IMG/VR virus record: IMGVR_UViG_3300008459_000056
Span: 1 to 56,767 of that record
Direction: 5' to 3' (one strand)
DNA: 56,767 nucleotides
Source: a virus
Taxonomy: Duplodnaviria > Caudoviricetes
Positions 28,910 through 36,101 of the stretch are shown here, piece after piece (positions within the stretch are counted from its first letter, which is position 1; the number at the start of each line of letters is the position of its first letter). Under the pieces are notes generated by a model. That model was not told where the DNA came from, made no database searches, and was given only the letters and a program-made list of their open reading frames with translations. Position numbers and translations under genes: made by a program.

Positions 28910-30316
28910 TTATTGATTTGTTTCGGTTTCTCTTTCTTGTTTTCTGAGTTTAACCATTTTTAATCTTTCTTTTGCGTTTTCTTCTTTTCTAACTTCAACT
29001 TTTCTTTCGTAACCTAAAAAAGTATCTGAAGTCTCGGTGTCTATAAAAACCCTACCGTTGTCAAAAGTACAATCCTCAAATATAACACCGTCTTTTCCAA
29101 ACCTAGATTTTAAAACCGCTATTGTTGCTCTATTACTTTCTTTTTGTGAAAGTGTTCTAGCTACTGACATAATAAAATGTCCTATTTGAGCCTTTTTGAT
29201 TGAACCACCCATTTGGTCACCTGTTACAACATCTGAAGATATTGAACTTCTATTACCTTGTACAGCCGTCCAACCAACTATCCCATATTCGGCTAACATA
29301 GATTCAAAACCTCTCATCACATTACCCTCACCAGACCATTCATCATTATATCTTTTTGTTGACTCTACACAATCGATATAATCTAAAACAATTAAATCGG
29401 GTTTAAAACCAGTAGAAATTAAATGTCTAAGATAAGATTTAATGTGATTTACGGTAATACCCTCTGATGTAAACTTTTTAATTACTAAATCATTTTTTCT
29501 ACCTTCAGTTTTTTCTTTTATAACGTCAATAACTTTCTCTTTATCTTCTGATAGTTGATTGAGTTCTATGCCACTCCAACAAGCGGCATGTTTTCTTTTA
29601 ATAACATCTGGTATGTCTTCAAAAACAATTTGTAAAACATTCACTCCCACATTATATGCTGTGTTAGCTATTTTAGTAAGAATAGTGGTTTTACCAACAC
29701 CATAAGGTGCCAATACAACCCCTAATTCACCCCTAGATAGACCTCCGTCGGTTAATTCATCAATACCACTTATTCCCGTAGGAATCGGATGTCTAAAATC
29801 TTCTTCTAAAACTGAATCCCAACCTTCAGTAATAGACGTACCATCATCTTTTTCTGAACCAACAGATAAAGCATCTTTCATTATTTCAGCACATTCTTCA
29901 TATCTTTCAAAATCACCATTATCAATGATTTTAGATATTTTATCATTAGCTTTTTTTAATTCTTGTTGTCTACAAAAGTTTAAAGATTTTTCTTGTATAA
30001 ACTCCCAATCAGTAACATCTAAATCTCTAATTTGTTTAATCAATTCAAATAAATAATCTTGTGTTATTTTATCTTTTATTTCAATTGTTAAGATTGTTTC
30101 TAATGTGTCCCATGTTGGGATTTTTTCAAATCTCTCAAAATAGTCTTTAATTGTAGCTACAATTAATCTAAAATATTCGTTATCAAAATAATTTGCGTGT
30201 AAAATTTCTATAATTCTATCACCAAATTTTTTATTAGCCGGATGTAAAATTTGATTTATGAGTTCTGTTTGAAACTTGTAACCTAAATAACCTAATGTAA
30301 CTTTTTTATCACTCAT
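28910..30316 (-). CDS. dnaB: replicative DNA helicase (DnaB / T4 gp41-like)
   Basis: Walker A APYGVGKT, Walker B IVLDYID, WTAVQGNR and KSRFG. Confidence 0.9.
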   Translation of the reverse strand: MSDKKVTLGYLGYKFQTELINQILHPANKKFGDRIIEILHANYFDNEYFRLIVATIKDYFERFEKIPTWDTLETILTIEIKDKITQDYLFELIKQIRDLDVTDWEFIQEKSLNFCRQQELKKANDKISKIIDNGDFERYEECAEIMKDALSVGSEKDDGTSITEGWDSVLEEDFRHPIPTGISGIDELTDGGLSRGELGVVLAPYGVGKTTILTKIANTAYNVGVNVLQIVFEDIPDVIKRKHAACWSGIELNQLSEDKEKVIDVIKEKTEGRKNDLVIKKFTSEGITVNHIKSYLRHLISTGFKPDLIVLDYIDCVESTKRYNDEWSGEGNVMRGFESMLAEYGIVGWTAVQGNRSSISSDVVTGDQMGGSIKKAQIGHFIMSVARTLSQKESNRATIAVLKSRFGKDGVIFEDCTFDNGRVFIDTETSDTFLGYERKVEVRKEENAKERLKMVKLRKQERETETNQ

Positions 30317-30333
30317 ATTTGTATAAGTTTAAT

Positions 30334-30341
30334 TATAAATA
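30334..30341 (-). promoter_or_regulatory. TATTTATA motif
   Basis: 17 nt upstream of the helicase ATG. Confidence 0.45.
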
Positions 30342-30342
30342 A

Positions 30343-30783
30343 TCAGGCTAATTTGATTGAACCATATTCCACATCTAATTTTTCTTGCGATAATGTTTCT
30401 GTTATTTTTGCTATTATTTCTGGTATAATTTTTCTAACATCAACCGAATATCTAACTCTTTGTTGGTAGATATTTCCAGTAAATTGTTTGGCTATAACAA
30501 CCCTGTCATCAACCTTAATTTCAAAATCAAAAACATCTTCATTTTCAAAAATATTTTCTTTCACAATTTCTTCTTCAAGTTGTTCTTTATAAGGGTTAAA
30601 AGATTTCCATGAGTAATCAATAGATTTACTTTTTAAATCACTCTCAATTAACTCAACCGCATCATTTATACAATAATACAAATCGATTGAGTTGATTACT
30701 TCTTTGTTAAAATTTCTAACATTAAAATATCTTTGACAGATAATGTTTTTGTTAATGTACAGAATAAATTCACATTTTTTCAT
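30343..30783 (-). CDS. hypothetical protein in the replication block
   Basis: 146-aa ORF between the exonuclease and helicase genes. Confidence 0.65.
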   Translation of the reverse strand: MKKCEFILYINKNIICQRYFNVRNFNKEVINSIDLYYCINDAVELIESDLKSKSIDYSWKSFNPYKEQLEEEIVKENIFENEDVFDFEIKVDDRVVIAKQFTGNIYQQRVRYSVDVRKIIPEIIAKITETLSQEKLDVEYGSIKLA

Positions 30784-30808
30784 TTTTGTTTTTTTTTGTA
30801 ATTAATAA

Positions 30809-31834
30809 TTAATTTTTCTTAAAATTTGTTTTTTCTTTTTTTGCTAACACAATAAATGGTTCCATAAAATTTAAATAACCATTTTCACCACCAGGTATAG
30901 CGTATATAACACCATCTTCTATCATCATTTTAAGTACATTTTTATACTCTCTACCTTCTGGGTCTAATGGTAATTGTATTAAATTTTTAATAGATTCTCC
31001 AGCCTCTTCTGTTAATAAGGGGTAATTTAAATCTATTATTTTTTTATTTATTTCATAAAAAGGTCCTCTATGTGACCCTTTTGAGACACCATTAATAATG
31101 TTATCAATAACTTTAAAGGGTTTATTACCTCTTTCTTCTTGAATTAATTTACCTTGTTCAAATATTTCTTCTAAAGTAACTTTACGTTCTTTTAATTGTG
31201 GAAAATGTGTTAATAAAGTATTTTCTGTTACACCGTCAATACCTTTAATATTATCACTACTACACCCTTCTAGTATTTTTATTAAACCAGCGTTTTGGTA
31301 ATGGTGGTCAAAAAACCATTGGTAGTTACCTATGCCTATTTCCATTTTTTTGTCACCTAAAAAAATGGTAACATCTTCGTTTATTAACTGACAAAGGTCT
31401 CTATCATTTGTATAAACCATAACCTCCTCATTTCTTAATTTATTTTGACAATAAAAAGCTATTAAATCATCTGATTCAACATCTTCATGTTCGTATTGTC
31501 TAATAAAAAGATCTTCAGAGTATTGTTTAACTCTAAGTTTTTGGATTTCATATTCTTGGTCAAAAAATTTAGGTCTATTACCCTTATATTCTGGGTAATA
31601 ATCTAAACGTAAAGTACCACTACGTTCACCATCCCAAGTGATTACTACTTTATCAATTTTATGTTCAACAATTAATTTACGTAAAGTACTATAAAAAGCA
31701 AATATACCACCAATGTGTTTGTCTTTATGGTAAACGTTCTTTGCTCCATTATATGAACGTTTCATAAGAACGTTACCATCGACAATAAGTGTTTTTGTTT
31801 TTTTAGTTTTTCCTTTAGGAGTTCGTAGACCCAT
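30809..31834 (-). CDS. 5'-3' exonuclease / flap endonuclease (PolI 5'-nuclease, T4 RNase H-like)
   Basis: IVDGN, YKGNR, ESDDL, TNDRDL and SDNIKGIDGV (H3TH) motifs. Confidence 0.9.
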   Translation of the reverse strand: MGLRTPKGKTKKTKTLIVDGNVLMKRSYNGAKNVYHKDKHIGGIFAFYSTLRKLIVEHKIDKVVITWDGERSGTLRLDYYPEYKGNRPKFFDQEYEIQKLRVKQYSEDLFIRQYEHEDVESDDLIAFYCQNKLRNEEVMVYTNDRDLCQLINEDVTIFLGDKKMEIGIGNYQWFFDHHYQNAGLIKILEGCSSDNIKGIDGVTENTLLTHFPQLKERKVTLEEIFEQGKLIQEERGNKPFKVIDNIINGVSKGSHRGPFYEINKKIIDLNYPLLTEEAGESIKNLIQLPLDPEGREYKNVLKMMIEDGVIYAIPGGENGYLNFMEPFIVLAKKEKTNFKKN

Positions 31835-32063
31835 CTTCTGAAAATTTAAAAGGTCCTACAATATTTTTTCTATGAATCTCATCTTCAGATTCTTGAATGA
31901 CGGCTAAATCAATTAATAATTGTTTATGTATCTCAGTAATTGTTTCTCCGTGCAGTATTTTTTCAACACCATTTTGAATAATCCAATAACAAGACATTTG
32001 ATCACCTGATGGTGAAAGAGAATGCTCATTGAGTACTTTTAAATTATTATAATTAATTCTCAT
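31815..32063 (-). CDS. hypothetical protein (82 aa)
   Basis: Co-oriented, A-rich leader, overlaps the next gene by 20 nt. Confidence 0.55.
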   Translation of the reverse strand: MRINYNNLKVLNEHSLSPSGDQMSCYWIIQNGVEKILHGETITEIHKQLLIDLAVIQESEDEIHRKNIVGPFKFSEDGSTNS

Positions 32064-32072
32064 TTTTTTTAA

Positions 32073-33134
32073 TTAAACTAAACCATCAATTTCTTCATCT
32101 TCTAGTGTAAGTTCACTTTCTTCTACCTCAAAATTAAGGTTATTTTCATCCACTTCTTCAACACCACTTTTAATAAACATATCAATCCAATAATCAGCAT
32201 ATCTTGCTTTATAATCGTTTTCTGCTTCTTTAGTGTCGTCAATAAAATCATGTGGCGTCACAATAACTTTACCGTCTTGATATCCAATTCCGTTAACATG
32301 GTTTTTTAAAATAGAAATTTTACTTCTAGTAGCGTAATTAATACTTCTACTGTTTTTAGTAGCTTTTAATTTTTGTGTTCCAGCATTTTTTTGGTTACCA
32401 AACAAGAAAATTAAAGTACTATTCAAATAAATGGCTTCACCACCTTTCATCTTAATTTTAGGTTGTCCAAATGGATTGTCTGGTAGTTCAACCCAAGGTT
32501 GGTTTACAAACACAATTGTATTAGTATGTATGTTAGTTTCTTTTCTAGAACCTGTGATTCTACCATTAAGACCCATACCAATTTTATCTGCTAAAACAGA
32601 TGCGTTATGCATTTTACCACCTTTACCTTCGTAAGTCATTTTACAAGGAATTGAACCCACTGAGTCCCACAAGAAACAAATATCCATTGGTGTTCCATCT
32701 TCATGTGACCAATTTTCTTTTTCTTGTGTGTCTAGAACTTCATTTACATAGTCTGTGATTTGTTCGATATAATCGAAATCATCTCTAAATAAAAAGAACC
32801 CAGACCAATCACCAGGTGATTCTTCCTCACACTCAAAACCCATCATTTTAGCGTGAGTAAAATTCCATTTTTTTTCTGTAATAATAAACACAGGTAGAAT
32901 ACCATTTTTCTGACACCAAATGGCACTCTTAATGAGTGCCGTGGTTTTACCAGTGTCAGAATGACCTAAAAAAACATTAAGATGTCCGATAGCTGGACCA
33001 GGTACACCTGTAGCTCTCTGAAAGACAGGACCTAAGTCAATAAATCTATCTGGTTTATATTTTGTTTTTGAAGAGAATCTGTCCTTAACAGAATCTAACG
33101 AAAACGATTTTTTCTTAATACTAGTTTTAGCCAT
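32073..33134 (-). CDS. recA: RecA/UvsX-like recombinase
   Basis: Walker A GHSDTGKT, FLWDSVG, VFVNQ, KGGEAI and KNH motifs. Confidence 0.88.
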   Translation of the reverse strand: MAKTSIKKKSFSLDSVKDRFSSKTKYKPDRFIDLGPVFQRATGVPGPAIGHLNVFLGHSDTGKTTALIKSAIWCQKNGILPVFIITEKKWNFTHAKMMGFECEEESPGDWSGFFLFRDDFDYIEQITDYVNEVLDTQEKENWSHEDGTPMDICFLWDSVGSIPCKMTYEGKGGKMHNASVLADKIGMGLNGRITGSRKETNIHTNTIVFVNQPWVELPDNPFGQPKIKMKGGEAIYLNSTLIFLFGNQKNAGTQKLKATKNSRSINYATRSKISILKNHVNGIGYQDGKVIVTPHDFIDDTKEAENDYKARYADYWIDMFIKSGVEEVDENNLNFEVEESELTLEDEEIDGLV

Positions 33135-33144
33135 AATTTATTTT

Positions 33145-34026
33145 TTAAAACGGTTCTTCATCTTCATAATCATCTTCAACAACTGGAACTGATGATTTTG
33201 TTTCTTTTTTAGGACTTGGTTTAAAAGACGATTCAACTTCATTCTCATCACCTTTAGCAACAAATTTCTCTAGGTTTTTATCCCATACAGGAGTTTCACC
33301 GTCAGCAATTAGTTGTACATAATCTAAAGGTTGTGATTTATAAATTTCTTTCCAAGTCATTGTATCACCAACCCATTCTTTAGCTTTACTAGATTTAGGG
33401 TCTGTTAAAACAGAAACATCTTCTGCCATAATAGAAGTTATTTTAGCATAACCTTTATTATCTCTACCTAAAATTAAAGTGATATCTCTACCTTCTCTTG
33501 GGTCGGTAACGTCCCCTCTTTTTGTGAATAAAGGAATAATTTTATCTAAAGCACCTTCACCTTTGTAATTGTGAGGAAATCTCCAAAATTTAATCCCATC
33601 ATCTTCATGGTCTCTATCAATAATTCTAGCTAAATAAAATTTCTTAGCTGAATATTGTGTCGCCAATTCTTTGTCTGATTTATTTCCTGTTTCTTTCCAA
33701 GATTTAAAAAGTTCATCAGAAACTTCACATAATGGACAGTGTTCACCATCATTATGTTTTCTACAGTAAATTTTACGCCATTTACCACCTACTTTAACAG
33801 AATGCCAATGTCCCTCATCAAAAGGAGTATCACCTTGTTTAATAACAGGATGAACACTTTTTTTAGGTGGCATTATTCTAATTGTTGATTCTCCATTATC
33901 AACACCGTCTTCAAGTCTTACAGCAAAATACTTACTGAAGTCTTGTTCATATGATGAACTACCACCTGTGTTACCACCAGATTTGTTGTTCTCATACTGT
34001 TTTGCAATTGCATCGAGTACACTCAT
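33145..34026 (-). CDS. ssb: single-stranded DNA-binding protein (T4 gp32-like)
   Basis: IRIMP, H..C....CPLC zinc site, VTDPREGRDI and an acidic tail; adjacent to the recombinase. Confidence 0.8.
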   Translation of the reverse strand: MSVLDAIAKQYENNKSGGNTGGSSSYEQDFSKYFAVRLEDGVDNGESTIRIMPPKKSVHPVIKQGDTPFDEGHWHSVKVGGKWRKIYCRKHNDGEHCPLCEVSDELFKSWKETGNKSDKELATQYSAKKFYLARIIDRDHEDDGIKFWRFPHNYKGEGALDKIIPLFTKRGDVTDPREGRDITLILGRDNKGYAKITSIMAEDVSVLTDPKSSKAKEWVGDTMTWKEIYKSQPLDYVQLIADGETPVWDKNLEKFVAKGDENEVESSFKPSPKKETKSSVPVVEDDYEDEEPF

Positions 34027-34069
34027 TTTTTTTTGTTTTTTTTAGTTAATAATTAATAATTTTATATGT

Positions 34070-34101
34070 TATAAATATAAGTAATAATAGATAATAGTAA
34101 A
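34070..34101 (-). promoter_or_regulatory. promoter upstream of SSB (TTTACT-16 nt-TATATTTATA)
   Basis: Immediately downstream of the terminator; contains both TAnnTTTA and TATTTATA. Confidence 0.5.
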
Positions 34102-34112
34102 GTGCTAAAAAC

Positions 34113-34136
34113 AAAAAAGGGGTCAATAAGACCCCT
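34113..34136 (-). terminator. Rho-independent terminator
   Basis: aggggtc-aataa-gacccct stem with an A6 run on its left (U-tract on the minus strand). Confidence 0.85.
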
Positions 34137-34155
34137 AATTTTTTCTATAAATTAC

Positions 34156-34926
34156 TTATGATTTAAAAGATGATTGTATATCAGATTCGTTATAATCGTC
34201 AATATCTTCAGGGTTTATAACATATTCCTTTTCCATGTTTTCTTTACCAGAAGAAACTTTATAGTGTGGATTACTATTTGCTTTTTCTTCCCAATAATCT
34301 GTTAATTTCATGTTAAAAGGATAACTGTCTAAAGACCTTAATTCTAATTTTTCTTCAGGTGTTTTAATATCCTGTTCTAATTTAGATAATTTAGAAGCTA
34401 TTGTATCCATTTTAGATAAACTAGTCTCCAAGTTGTTTAATTTATCTGTTAATGTTTGTAAAAATTCTGTGTTTTTTTCACCAACAGTTACCGCTTTTTG
34501 TGCTAAATTTTTAGCTTCTTCAGATTTATCTACAATGGCTGTAACATCAATTTCTTCTACATCTTCATCTCCACCTAATTCATCTGAGGCTGAAAACTCA
34601 TCAGCTGTACCAAACTCATCTTCTTGTGGTTCTTCTTCAGCATTAGGCATTTCTTCTGTAGCAGGTTCTTCTGTAGTATCTTCTTCTCCCTCTGGAGATC
34701 CAGCTTCACCAAAATCAAAATCACCACCTTCAGTATTTTCATCTTCAGAAGGTTCTTCTGTAGTATCTTCTTCTTCAGGTTCAGCTTCATTTAAAGTTTC
34801 CCCCATATAATCCCTATATCCAGGTGCTTCTCTTCTTTTAGATTCTGTTATATTACCTAAAGATGGGTCATACCCTAAAAGGGTTTTAAACCTATTTAAT
34901 TCTTCTTTTAAATTATTTTTAGCCAT
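34156..34926 (-). CDS. acidic coiled-coil protein, possibly head/scaffold-associated (ORF track extends the start to 34944)
   Basis: Glu-rich repeats (EEDTTEEP x2) and a heptad region; ATG at 34926 directly follows the upstream TAA. Confidence 0.55.
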   Translation of the reverse strand: MAKNNLKEELNRFKTLLGYDPSLGNITESKRREAPGYRDYMGETLNEAEPEEEDTTEEPSEDENTEGGDFDFGEAGSPEGEEDTTEEPATEEMPNAEEEPQEDEFGTADEFSASDELGGDEDVEEIDVTAIVDKSEEAKNLAQKAVTVGEKNTEFLQTLTDKLNNLETSLSKMDTIASKLSKLEQDIKTPEEKLELRSLDSYPFNMKLTDYWEEKANSNPHYKVSSGKENMEKEYVINPEDIDDYNESDIQSSFKS

Positions 34927-34927
34927 T

Positions 34928-35113
34928 TTATCTTGTATATTCACTTAATAATTGACGACCATCATTAGTGATGATTTTCTTATGTTCTCTTTGAACTAAT
35001 TCGTCTGTATCTTTAATTAAACATTCTTCATCACTACAATTTTTATTGTTATTAGTTTTTAAGAATTTGTTTAATTTGTCTTGAAGTTCTTTTTCTTTAT
35101 TTTTTTCTTCCAT
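34928..35113 (-). CDS. hypothetical protein (61 aa)
   Basis: Preceded by the TATTTATA motif 12 nt upstream. Confidence 0.6.
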   Translation of the reverse strand: MEEKNKEKELQDKLNKFLKTNNNKNCSDEECLIKDTDELVQREHKKIITNDGRQLLSEYTR

Positions 35114-35125
35114 AACAGTTTTTTA

Positions 35126-35133
35126 TATAAATA
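35126..35133 (-). promoter_or_regulatory. TATTTATA motif
   Basis: 12 nt upstream of the ATG at 35113. Confidence 0.5.
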
Positions 35134-35141
35134 TGCTATTA

Positions 35142-35543
35142 TTATAGATTCTTTCTTTTTAAATCTAAAATATCTAATTCATTATTTTTTAGTAGAATAA
35201 TTTTATTTTCATATTTAGACCAATCGACTTCATATTTTTTATAGTCAATATTACCTATATCAGAATTTGATTCTTTTTCTATTAGTTTATTTAAAGCATT
35301 TATGGTAAAAAAAGTTTTATTTTTTTTATGGATTTGAATCGTATTTTTAATATTCCCTTTAATATCAAATTTTTGATCAAAATCTAAGTATAATTTATAT
35401 GTTACAATAAAATTATTTTCTTCTACTTCAAAAATAAAAGTACTTTCTTTTTTTATAAAGAATTTTTTTTGTAGGAAATTTAAAAATTTTTCTAAATAAT
35501 CGGGTTTAACAAAAGTTGCTAATAATATTGTTTTCTTTTGCAT
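35142..35543 (-). CDS. hypothetical protein
   Basis: 133 aa, very AT-rich; IHKK..FTINALN motif. Confidence 0.6.
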   Translation of the reverse strand: MQKKTILLATFVKPDYLEKFLNFLQKKFFIKKESTFIFEVEENNFIVTYKLYLDFDQKFDIKGNIKNTIQIHKKNKTFFTINALNKLIEKESNSDIGNIDYKKYEVDWSKYENKIILLKNNELDILDLKRKNL

Positions 35544-36063
35544 CTATTAAATAAGGTATATATTTAACTTCTAAATATTTTATTTCTTTTTCTTTTATCT
35601 TTAAAATATTTAAGCTATTTTTTAAATAATCATTTATGTCCCAAGACATAAAATCTAAAAAATTTAAATCTAAATGATATATTTTTTTATCATTATAAAA
35701 ATAAATTTTTTCTTTATATAAATATACCTTAAAATTAGTAAAATTGTTTGTTAAATATTCTACTAAATTTTCTTTGTTTTTAAAATCTAAAGGATTTATA
35801 TTATTATATTTAATTTCTTTTTTTACTTTTTCAAAAACTATATTTTTAAATTCATTAATATCTGATTCAAAAATATTTCTTTTTTCAATTGGCAAAAATG
35901 TCCAATAGATATCTTCTTTTATTTTTTTATTTAAAATAGATGCTCCATTTTTTTTAGCTAAATCCCAACCAACATATACAGTAATTAACCCCTGTTCAAA
36001 AGAAAGTATTGGATCTAAATAACTACTTAATAGATTCTTATCTTCTACTATTAATTTTATCAT
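35506..36063 (-). CDS. hypothetical protein
   Basis: 185 aa, very AT-rich; has its own promoter-like element upstream. Confidence 0.6.
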   Translation of the reverse strand: MIKLIVEDKNLLSSYLDPILSFEQGLITVYVGWDLAKKNGASILNKKIKEDIYWTFLPIEKRNIFESDINEFKNIVFEKVKKEIKYNNINPLDFKNKENLVEYLTNNFTNFKVYLYKEKIYFYNDKKIYHLDLNFLDFMSWDINDYLKNSLNILKIKEKEIKYLEVKYIPYLIDAKENNIISNFC

Positions 36064-36067
36064 ATAG

Positions 36068-36098
36068 TAAATTTATGAAAAAAAAATTAACCATTCAA
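36068..36098 (-). promoter_or_regulatory. putative early/middle promoter
   Basis: Minus strand TTGAAT-17 nt-TAAATT(TA). Confidence 0.35.
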
Positions 36099-36101
36099 CT
36101 A

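Noticed and set aside
27025-33134. Inteins or introns in nrdJ, helicase or recA
   Set aside because: Protein lengths are normal, catalytic motifs are contiguous, and there are no intein splice or homing-endonuclease motifs.
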